IMG/VR virus record: IMGVR_UViG_3300027867_000003
Span: 20,798 to 84,797 of that record
Length of the DNA stretch: 64,000 bases
Strand: one strand, 5' to 3'
Source of the DNA: a virus
Shown: piece by piece, positions 56,263 through 64,000 of the stretch
Numbering within the stretch: the first letter of the stretch is position 1
Layout: every line of letters starts with the position of its first letter
Translations under genes and position numbers: made by a program
Notes under the pieces: generated by a model
Seen by the model: only the letters and a program-made list of their open reading frames with translations
Databases searched by the model: none
What the model was told of the DNA's origin: nothing

Positions 56263-59200
56263 TGAATTGGAGTCCAATCCGACGATAGGCGGCTCTGAGG
56301 TTGTTGGGATGGAACAGTTGTCATGTAGTCAACTCCGGCCCCGATGTTTCGTAGATTGTTAGTTGGCATCGATGATCTGGGCGTCATCAATTGATTTACA
56401 TCTGGTGACAGACTTATATTTGGATTCGAGAATTCCCTAAGGAGGCTATTTGCGGTTCCCTGGCGCATGAAACTACCCCCTAGGGCCTGCCTAGCAGTTG
56501 GGGAATAAATGGCTCGAATGGCCCAATAGGGCCACGACCACCACGAATGGCCTAGATGAACTGCAATTTGGGCCAAATCATAGCCTATATCACGGCCAGG
56601 CATGTTCTCTAATGGAAGTCCCAATTTCCTTTTTGCCTGATCTATAAAAGCTACGCTTCGTCTTATCATCTCGGCTTCATTATCAAGCTGCCTCATAGCT
56701 GCTTGGGCTTCGCCTTGAGTCGGATATAGAGCCTCAAACAGTTCTCGTTTATTTGGCGTGTCAGAGACTTTGCCAATTCTCCCTTCGCCTGACTTCATTG
56801 ACTGTGCCTCAGTATAGGCGGCACCGCGACGATACAATTCTTTATCTAACTCAATTGGAAGAGCATTTATTTGACGTCGAACCACATGAGGATTTTGACT
56901 AAAGGCTCTTTGTCCGGCCTGAAGCGCCTGTTGCGCGCGAAGTGCTGACTCTAGGTCGTTCGTAAGAGCACCCGTTTCTGTCTTTAAGCGTGCTTCTATC
57001 TCTTTTGGAAGAGAGCTAAGTCTAGAATTTGCATCTCTTAAATCTTTCTCTATCTCTCCTCGCCTCTTGTCTAAATATTCTCCGTGCCTTTCGAGACTTT
57101 TCTTCCGAGCTGCATAGGCTATTTCGTCTTCTTTCGTCAAAGGAATAGCCTTCCCCCAAGGTTCTTTGATTTTTGCTTTGTTTTCTGCAATCTGTCTCTT
57201 AATAATATCTAGGTTAGCTTGGTTCTTAGTTAATTCATTGTTAATCGTAGCCGATCGATTAGAGAACTCCTTATTAACCCGCGCAGTTTTATCAATAATA
57301 GTCTTTTCAGCTGCTCTCGCGGTCTCGCGGAGATTGTCTTCGATTTCAGGCACATTGCTAGTCCCAAATTTGCTCTCTATCAAATCTCGATTGCCTAAAG
57401 TATCAATTGCTGCTTCGCGTCTAGAAAGTGCTCCTCTATAAGGAACTGGGGGTGACACCCCATCAGGTCGTATGCCCTCCATACGACCTTCTAACTCATG
57501 TACGAACTCCATTATGTGTTCCGGGGATGCCTTGTTTAACGCTTGTACGGCAAGCTGATTTATGGGGCCTACGTGTTTACCAATGTCTAGAAGAGTCATA
57601 GGGGAGCCAACGGCTTGACTTCGTTCAAGAGTCTCCCTAGAAGTCTCATCTCGCATAGGATTAGAAACAGACATTTCATCAGAATAGGCTCTATTGATGC
57701 GACCAGCAATCGGATCATTGGCAAAGGGAGCGAGGCGATTGTAGAGGCCCCGAATTGGCGCGGTGGCGGCCCGTGCAGGAAGTGCCAAGGCGTTTGCTGT
57801 CAATTCTGGCGCCATTGCTCCCGCTATGGGCAAACCGATGTCGGTCCCTAATTCTGTTATATATCGAATTGCATTTCTCGTCGGCTGGCTAAGGCCCATT
57901 TCGTTCTCAAGGTCTGCCGCGGCTGAGCCGATCCAGCGCCCCGGAGCCGACAGAGCATTCTCAATTGACTGGCCTATTGGCCCTGTTGGAATTTGAGTTG
58001 CCCCCAAAAGGGCGTTCCGGCCCTGTTCCCAATCAGCCATCGATGGCTTGGGTCCCCCTCCCACCCAACGGCCTAATTGACCACCGGCTGAGGCAACGTC
58101 GGCAATCGGGGCGCGAATGGGATAGGACGCTACATTGGCAAACGGGGCAAGTTCATTTAGCGAAAATCCCCCCATTGATGGGGCATTCATGGCTCCTTGG
58201 GCCACATTTTGCCAAAAGCTAGGTGGCTGGGGCGGGGTTGGGACATCGACTGGCGATCCAAAGTTGATTCCACTGGAGGGACCCGGTTGCGTAGTAGGCG
58301 GTGCTGTAACAGGGGTGCCAAATTGGGGCTCTGCCGCCTGAGCCGAGGAAATAGGATTTAGGGACGACAATAATGAGAGGAAGGAGTTTTGATTCGGAGC
58401 GGCTGCACTGGGAGACGGAAGTCCCACGTTTCCAGCTGCTAGATTATTCGCCCCCGCGATCCTTTGACCGGCTGTTACGTTGTCCGCGGGCGATGGAACA
58501 TTGACTCCACGATACGCCTGGGCCGACGGGTTGATAATGTCCTTATTTATCCCCGCCACGATCTCGGGGTAGAAATCAGGCTTTCCGGTTGCTGTCGGAG
58601 CCGGGGCGGTTGGAATCGGCTGTTGGGGAGGTTGGTCAAAAACTGTCGGTTGAGGCCCTGTAGGCGGCTGGGGCGCCGCTGCCATTCTGGCCTGCATTGC
58701 CTCAGCTTCGCGACCAGGACCGCCAGTGGCAAATGCTCCTGGAACAATGTTCCGCGCGATCGAAGCTGCGTCTAACGGTGGGGGCTTTGGGACTTGGGGA
58801 AATTTGTAATCGAGGGCCTTTTTATTCGTCCCGACGATTTTGTCATAAATGGCATTAGGATCAGCTCCACGGATTGCCACCGGGATCGAGGGAATTCCCT
58901 CGTCTATGGCCGCCTGGGCCCGATTTCGCCCATCATAGTCAACGACGTTGAGACTGTTTCCCGAGGGACTGACTTCGAGGCTCGGAATTGCCTGAATACC
59001 TTCCCCCCGGTCGAGCGACTGCATTAAATTCGCCCGCTTTAGCGAAGTCGAATCATCGTTTTCTATTTTTGGCAACAGAGAAAGATAGTCCTCGGGTGCC
59101 ATATGCCTCACATCGACGTTACTTCTATTTTGCTCTGATGCAATTGATTCGGAGGTTGGAACCCATTTCATTCCAATTGCAGCAGCTAATTGGGGATTAT

Positions 59201-59810
59201 AATTGGCCCACGGTGAAAATCCCTCTGCCTTAAATGCTGCATCAAAGACCTTCCGCTGTGACTCGGGACTGAAATCCTTTATCCCTAGTTCTGTGGCATA
59301 TTTGTGCCAAGTTCCGGGTTCGAATTGATATAGACCTGCGGCGTGACTTATACCCCTAGGACCTTTGTTCCCGTTCCAGATTGGAAAACCTGTTTCGTCC
59401 AAAGGAGCTTTACTGAGATCGGCCCCACCGTATCCTGCATAAGGATTTCCAGCACTTTCGAAGTGGCTAACCATCCCCGCAGCTTCACCGGGAGAATAAT
59501 CCTTTAGAGGCTTTTTGTCCTTATGGGGCGCCACATTCAAGTGAAGTGCGGGGCGATCTTCGTGAGGGGCTTGGTAATAGCCCTCAGGAATCGGCCATGC
59601 TGACGGCGGCCCCCATCCCGGTGGAGTTGACATAATATTTGGAAGCCCACCGGGACGCGGAATTTCCTGTCCTGGTGTTTGCCCGGTCGTTATAGTGCCA
59701 CCTGCGCCTCGAGGCCTGACCTTTCGCGGATCGAAGACTTCCTCTGAGGGCAGATTTGGAAGCCGATTGCCTCCTGGGGTGTCGATTGGATCTCCAAACG
59801 AAATAGGCAT
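56259..59810 (-). CDS. Large DNA-injection protein with lysozyme-like and ParB-like domains
   Basis: FES.G...AAGLYQFEPGTW...DFSPESQ (muramidase); DYDGRNRA...IPVAI (ParB/Srx-like); follows two other injection genes. Confidence 0.7.
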   Translation of the reverse strand: MPISFGDPIDTPGGNRLPNLPSEEVFDPRKVRPRGAGGTITTGQTPGQEIPRPGGLPNIMSTPPGWGPPSAWPIPEGYYQAPHEDRPALHLNVAPHKDKKPLKDYSPGEAAGMVSHFESAGNPYAGYGGADLSKAPLDETGFPIWNGNKGPRGISHAAGLYQFEPGTWHKYATELGIKDFSPESQRKVFDAAFKAEGFSPWANYNPQLAAAIGMKWVPTSESIASEQNRSNVDVRHMAPEDYLSLLPKIENDDSTSLKRANLMQSLDRGEGIQAIPSLEVSPSGNSLNVVDYDGRNRAQAAIDEGIPSIPVAIRGADPNAIYDKIVGTNKKALDYKFPQVPKPPPLDAASIARNIVPGAFATGGPGREAEAMQARMAAAPQPPTGPQPTVFDQPPQQPIPTAPAPTATGKPDFYPEIVAGINKDIINPSAQAYRGVNVPSPADNVTAGQRIAGANNLAAGNVGLPSPSAAAPNQNSFLSLLSSLNPISSAQAAEPQFGTPVTAPPTTQPGPSSGINFGSPVDVPTPPQPPSFWQNVAQGAMNAPSMGGFSLNELAPFANVASYPIRAPIADVASAGGQLGRWVGGGPKPSMADWEQGRNALLGATQIPTGPIGQSIENALSAPGRWIGSAAADLENEMGLSQPTRNAIRYITELGTDIGLPIAGAMAPELTANALALPARAATAPIRGLYNRLAPFANDPIAGRINRAYSDEMSVSNPMRDETSRETLERSQAVGSPMTLLDIGKHVGPINQLAVQALNKASPEHIMEFVHELEGRMEGIRPDGVSPPVPYRGALSRREAAIDTLGNRDLIESKFGTSNVPEIEDNLRETARAAEKTIIDKTARVNKEFSNRSATINNELTKNQANLDIIKRQIAENKAKIKEPWGKAIPLTKEDEIAYAARKKSLERHGEYLDKRRGEIEKDLRDANSRLSSLPKEIEARLKTETGALTNDLESALRAQQALQAGQRAFSQNPHVVRRQINALPIELDKELYRRGAAYTEAQSMKSGEGRIGKVSDTPNKRELFEALYPTQGEAQAAMRQLDNEAEMIRRSVAFIDQAKRKLGLPLENMPGRDIGYDLAQIAVHLGHSWWSWPYWAIRAIYSPTARQALGGSFMRQGTANSLLREFSNPNISLSPDVNQLMTPRSSMPTNNLRNIGAGVDYMTTVPSQQPQSRLSSDWTPIQ

Positions 59811-61759
59811 TACTGTTGCTGCCAATCTTGGGGATTACTGGGATTTCCACCGGGCCGCAATTTCCATTTCGTTATATTGCCATTAGAATCGATCTCTGTT
59901 CCGTATCCGTCTCCGAAGGGATAAATCTTGCCGGGCGTTTTGCCTTTCATGGAAGATGCAATTTCGTCCATAGTATGACCACCGAACTTATCCTGGGGTT
60001 TCTGGTCCTGATTTCTCTGTCTGTCTGTCGGTCGTTCCAGATTCTCAATTCTCTTTCGCGTTGAATTAAATTCATTATCAATAGAGTCGATCCTATTCTG
60101 CATACTGATTTTCATCGACGCAATAGCCGATTTCAATTGCTCCGGTGTCTGAGCCTTGTTTATAAGTCCCTCAGCTTCGCGCCGCGCAGTATCGGAAGTC
60201 TGGCCACCCGTGGCTCCTGGACTTGACATAATTCTGGCATATTCGTTTTTGAGCGAAGTGATTGCTGCATTGAAGGCAACAACGTCAGGATCACCCGTTA
60301 CATTGGTCCTTCCAGCCTGAATCCAGCGATTTAGGACTGGAATTCCTGACTGAGCGGTGCCTTCGACGGGTTTAGTTCCTACGAGAGACTTCAATTCTAG
60401 TGGGGCATTTGGATCATCTTGCATTGATTTTAGGCGATCCTGAACGGCCTTTGATCCAATCCCGCCCTCAGCCAACTCCAATGTTAAATCGGCCTCCTTG
60501 TTAGCCGTCTGTTCGAAGTTCGAGACGTTGGCTCGCAATTTGCCCAATTGAACTGCGGCGGCAAAATCGGCTCTACCAGCCGCGTGAAGTCCGATAACTT
60601 GGGCGGGAGATAAATTGTATTCTCCGGCAATCTGCCCAGCCCTATTTAGAACCCTGACTCTCTCCTGAGGTCCCCAACCAAGAGCTGGAACTTGCCCTGT
60701 CACGAGATAGTTCGTTGCCGCGATGTCGAGAGCCTCCCCAGATAACGGCTCCGATTTGGCAATCCGAACTTTCGACGGATCGATATTTTGGTTCGTATTG
60801 GCATCGACAACCCGGCCATCAGGAAATCTATAAACCCCCGCCTCCGCCCAAGTTCCGTCGGGCTGTTGAACCTGCGCTGTCTGGGGCGCTGGCATCGGAC
60901 GCTCGACAGCGGCTGGCCGGGTTGAAAGCGGAGTCAGATTTCCCGACGGAGTTCCCGGCTGTCCCGTGGCCCTATCGACAAACGCTGTTGGCCCGGTTCG
61001 AACCCATTGTTTTCCAGAAGCGTCTGTAAATATGGGGGCCTCGCTCGACTTAAATCCCCCTGTCGTGGCCTCAACAGATCCCGTGGGGAGGGCAACAGTC
61101 TTGCCCGACGAATCCCCTAGAACCCGAGCTTGGTTATTATATCTATTTACTTCATAGGTCTGACCATTTGGGCCGGTCATTATACGGGCATTTTCCCACC
61201 CTTTGGCGACGTTCCCTTGGCGGGATTCCCACAAAGGTCCCATAGTTTGGAGGGACTTCGGGTTCCCGATAAATGGATCAAATCGATTGACAATTTGATC
61301 TGGCATTCCACTGACTGCAACGGCTCGATTCTTTATCTCAGTCAATTTCTGTTGAAGCAATTGATCCCGGTTGGGCAAATTGGGGTCGAGGGAATCAGCA
61401 TATTCCTTGAATGGCTTATAAATGTCATCATAGGCAACGTTGCCCCAATAGTCAATGACCTTGGCACTGTTGACCTGGGCTTGCTGTTGCTGCTGTTGGA
61501 TCTTCCCCAGGGCCTCATAGGTATCTAGGGCCGTCTGTGGACTTGCTTGCCACACAGAGGCCATTCCTGACATTTGGGGCATTCCGGTCGTCGGATTAAT
61601 CGGGACGCTACGGAGGGCATTTATCCCAGCTTCATTCTGCTGCAACTTGAGGGCATTCTGCCGCGCAATCAACTGTTCGTTCTGTGTCTGAGCCTGACGA
61701 AGGGCATTTTGCTGGAGTTGCTCAGGAAACGTCGCAATGAGTTGATTGACATCAGCCAT
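59810..61759 (-). CDS. DNA-injection (ejection) protein
   Basis: Gln/Ala-rich helical 649 aa in the P22 gp20-like position. Confidence 0.6.
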   Translation of the reverse strand: MADVNQLIATFPEQLQQNALRQAQTQNEQLIARQNALKLQQNEAGINALRSVPINPTTGMPQMSGMASVWQASPQTALDTYEALGKIQQQQQQAQVNSAKVIDYWGNVAYDDIYKPFKEYADSLDPNLPNRDQLLQQKLTEIKNRAVAVSGMPDQIVNRFDPFIGNPKSLQTMGPLWESRQGNVAKGWENARIMTGPNGQTYEVNRYNNQARVLGDSSGKTVALPTGSVEATTGGFKSSEAPIFTDASGKQWVRTGPTAFVDRATGQPGTPSGNLTPLSTRPAAVERPMPAPQTAQVQQPDGTWAEAGVYRFPDGRVVDANTNQNIDPSKVRIAKSEPLSGEALDIAATNYLVTGQVPALGWGPQERVRVLNRAGQIAGEYNLSPAQVIGLHAAGRADFAAAVQLGKLRANVSNFEQTANKEADLTLELAEGGIGSKAVQDRLKSMQDDPNAPLELKSLVGTKPVEGTAQSGIPVLNRWIQAGRTNVTGDPDVVAFNAAITSLKNEYARIMSSPGATGGQTSDTARREAEGLINKAQTPEQLKSAIASMKISMQNRIDSIDNEFNSTRKRIENLERPTDRQRNQDQKPQDKFGGHTMDEIASSMKGKTPGKIYPFGDGYGTEIDSNGNITKWKLRPGGNPSNPQDWQQQ

Positions 61760-61767
61760 GATTTATC

Positions 61768-62691
61768 CTAATACACTCCACCGGAGGCTGGATTATATCC
61801 CCCTGAAATTGGTGTGTTGCTACCAGCACTAAAGTCTTGGTTAAACAGACCCTGGAACAGACTGCTTAGATTATTTGTTCCTGAACTGCCACTTCCTAGA
61901 AGGCCCTGTAGGATATTCGACAAGCCTCCATATTGCCCGAGAATTCCTGCGGCATTGGCCTGTCCGATCCCAGCGAAGGCGTTTCCGATTCCCGATATGA
62001 GACTCGACTGAGGTCCGGTGAGTGTCGCGGCCTGTTGACCCCCAGTCGAAATGCCGCCGAGCCGATTGACAATGTTCTGCTGTTCCGCTGCGGCTCCCTG
62101 GATTTGATTCCAATAGTTCTGATTATTCGCCGACCACTGAGTGTTGTATTGGTTCTGATAATTGTTGAGCCAATTATACCAGTCTTGATTAGCTAGGCCG
62201 GTTCCATATTTCTGAAGAGCCTGGAGCGTATTGCCAGATAGAACTCCTTGCGTCGGTCCTGAGGCATTTTGGATCGCATTGACGCCCTGCGATAATTGGT
62301 ATTGATAACCCGGCGATGCTTGAAATTGATTGATCGTCGGCGTCGGCATATTATACGGTGTCGGGGCTCCTGCGAGGGGAATTCCGAGATAGTTGGTCGA
62401 GAACTGAGACGGACTTTCCAGTCCTGCGCCCCACCCCGGAGTTCCCATTTGAGCAGCGTTATTCGGACCAGGTAGCCCGAGGAACGTATCCAGTTGGTTG
62501 AGGGCCGCAGTGCCGCTATTATACCACGGGGCCAGTTGTTGACTAAATGCCTGTAAGATGCTTTGCTCGAAGCCAATTTGTTTATTGAGGGCATTAGTTT
62601 CGGCAGAGGCAGCGTTCGATGAGCCAAGGCAACCAAGCGCCCCGCTTCCCAAGGACCCCGCGCCCGCTAATGCTCCGCCAATCCAAGGCAC
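61768..62691 (-). CDS. P22 gp7-like DNA transfer protein
   Basis: Gly/Ala-rich N-terminus, PGYQYQLSQG..AIQNA...LSGNTLQALQKYGTGLA. Confidence 0.75.
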   Translation of the reverse strand: MPWIGGALAGAGSLGSGALGCLGSSNAASAETNALNKQIGFEQSILQAFSQQLAPWYNSGTAALNQLDTFLGLPGPNNAAQMGTPGWGAGLESPSQFSTNYLGIPLAGAPTPYNMPTPTINQFQASPGYQYQLSQGVNAIQNASGPTQGVLSGNTLQALQKYGTGLANQDWYNWLNNYQNQYNTQWSANNQNYWNQIQGAAAEQQNIVNRLGGISTGGQQAATLTGPQSSLISGIGNAFAGIGQANAAGILGQYGGLSNILQGLLGSGSSGTNNLSSLFQGLFNQDFSAGSNTPISGGYNPASGGVY

Positions 62692-62697
62692 TTCTAT

Positions 62698-63156
62698 TTA
62701 CCTCAGCTTAATTTCAAACATTGTCTGGCGGGGAATTCCCCCGAATAACTGAATGAATCGACTCATTGAGGCATCATGCTGGGGATCGCCCGTTATAAAG
62801 AAATGTGGATAGGCATAGTCGATATTCAGAGAACGGAGAATTCGAAGGCCCTCTGACATAAGTCGTCGCCCGATGTCGGATTTCCGATACTCGGGCCGGA
62901 CGTACCAGGCACTTTGGAGAGCAATCTTGGCCTTCATTATGAGGGCATTCATCAAGGTCCAACCGAGGTAGCCAACCAGATTTTGGTTGTCCCAGGCCCC
63001 TAAGATAATCATGTTGCCTGCTTTATCGGCCTCCTGAATAGCCGGGAAATTGGGGTCGAATTCCCCTGAGCAACCAAGTTCCTCAAAGTGGCTTTTCATC
63101 ATATCGAGGCAATCAGGAAACAGGTCGCCCCAGTGACATTGGCGAACTAGAGCCAA
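62698..63156 (-). CDS. GNAT acetyltransferase
   Basis: WYVRPEYRKSDIGRRLM acetyl-CoA-binding motif. Confidence 0.75.
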   Translation of the reverse strand: MALVRQCHWGDLFPDCLDMMKSHFEELGCSGEFDPNFPAIQEADKAGNMIILGAWDNQNLVGYLGWTLMNALIMKAKIALQSAWYVRPEYRKSDIGRRLMSEGLRILRSLNIDYAYPHFFITGDPQHDASMSRFIQLFGGIPRQTMFEIKLR

Positions 63157-63743
63157 CTTGCAGATTCCTCAAGACCGCGCGCCCGAAGCTCGGATACTCG
63201 ACGAGCAATGTCCCAGATGAGGGCGGCCGAATTCCGGACATTCTGTTCAACGTTTTTTCGAATCTCAGGCGCCGGGACTTGGATATTTCGATCCATCGAT
63301 TTGTCCCAACTTTCATCGGGAATTCGACCCGTGAGATATTCGGCCACATTGAACCGGATCATCTTAGAACTGAGGGATCGTTTTGAGATCGAGAGAACTC
63401 CTGATTCATTCCACGCCAACGAGGAAATCATAAGATCTTGGGCTAATAGAAAGGGCCAATCGGCCTCCAGACCAATCTGATTAAATGAGGCTCCGATTTC
63501 GTAGACCGGACGACTGAGGGTCCCAAACTTAGTCTCGGGAAAAAGATTCCTCAGAACCTCATAACCTAGGACCAATGATGTCTCAACAGTTCCATCATAT
63601 CCTGTGGTTCGAGAAACAAATTCATCGAGAGTCTTGCAGCCCATTGATAAATCGTGGCCGACCTTCTGGTCCCCGAAACTGAGATATTGGCTGAGCCACT
63701 TCGACTGACTTCGCGGCTGGCTCATAATGAGAAATTTCAACAT
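63147..63743 (-). CDS. Sulfotransferase-like P-loop protein
   Basis: FLIMSQPRSQSKWLSQYL...HD resembles the PAPS-binding PRSGT loop (degenerate). Confidence 0.5.
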   Translation of the reverse strand: MLKFLIMSQPRSQSKWLSQYLSFGDQKVGHDLSMGCKTLDEFVSRTTGYDGTVETSLVLGYEVLRNLFPETKFGTLSRPVYEIGASFNQIGLEADWPFLLAQDLMISSLAWNESGVLSISKRSLSSKMIRFNVAEYLTGRIPDESWDKSMDRNIQVPAPEIRKNVEQNVRNSAALIWDIARRVSELRARGLEESASWL

Positions 63744-63748
63744 AGGAA

Positions 63749-63946
63749 TTATTTCTTCTTCGCCGCTCTTTTGCCTTTCGCGGTGGCCTGATTACCTCGC
63801 ATCAGGCCGATCTTATTAAGGGTTCCAAATTCGTAATTGGCTGCTCGTCGCCCCGTTAGACCCTTCTTCACAGCCCCCGCTTTCAATTTATCTTCAACAT
63901 CGGCGAGGGCGGTTTTCTGTCCTCTGGGAGTTCTTCGAGGCATCAC
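63749..63946 (-). CDS. Small basic protein
   Basis: 65 aa, Lys/Arg-rich, FGTLNKIG. Confidence 0.6.
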   Translation of the reverse strand: MMPRRTPRGQKTALADVEDKLKAGAVKKGLTGRRAANYEFGTLNKIGLMRGNQATAKGKRAAKKK

Positions 63947-64000
63947 ATTTTTCCTAAGAGATTTGAACGCCTGAGATCGCCATAGTCACGGTGTTCCCAG

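Noticed and set aside
1-64000. Prophage / lysogeny module
   Set aside because: No integrase, CI-like repressor, att site or host genes recognised; lifestyle cannot be determined from this window.

Overview
The window is most of the genome of a P22-like (podovirus-type) tailed phage, probably infecting an alphaproteobacterium (inferred from the CobS/CobT-like and Q-like proteins). No integrase, repressor, tRNA or CRISPR array was recognised. Layout: (i) 1-12.6 kb, minus strand: P22-like portal with a LAGLIDADG intein (runs off the left edge), TerL, an HslV/Ntn-type protease, an apparently inactive terminase-ATPase paralog, a Q-like regulator, a PD-(D/E)xK nuclease and a TerS candidate; (ii) about 13.0-13.65 kb: divergent control region with an A-tract, iteron-like repeats and nested inverted repeats (origin candidate); (iii) 13.7-43.2 kb, plus strand: early and replication genes (CobS/CobT-like AAA+/vWA pair, ParB-like, HIRAN, exonuclease, AAA_24 ATPase, SSB-like, two DNA methyltransferases, split UDG-exonuclease + PolA, HNH, DUF3987 helicase-like, CHC2 finger); (iv) 43.2-64 kb, minus strand: injection proteins, GNAT, sulfotransferase-like, PurD-like ATP-grasp, tail fibres/spike and lysis genes. 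Capsid genes are presumably outside the window. Two features stand out. First, two ~460-nt intergenic, G-U-rich structured elements 50 kb apart (about 3.95-4.42 kb and 54.09-54.56 kb) are complementary to each other in seven collinear segments and carry group I intron-like core motifs, suggesting a two-piece RNA bracketing the head/injection module. Second, a C-terminal peptide tag (consensus AIDIDL) is shared by eight unrelated proteins and encoded with synonymous variation. All assignments come from reading motifs by eye; no database searches were run.
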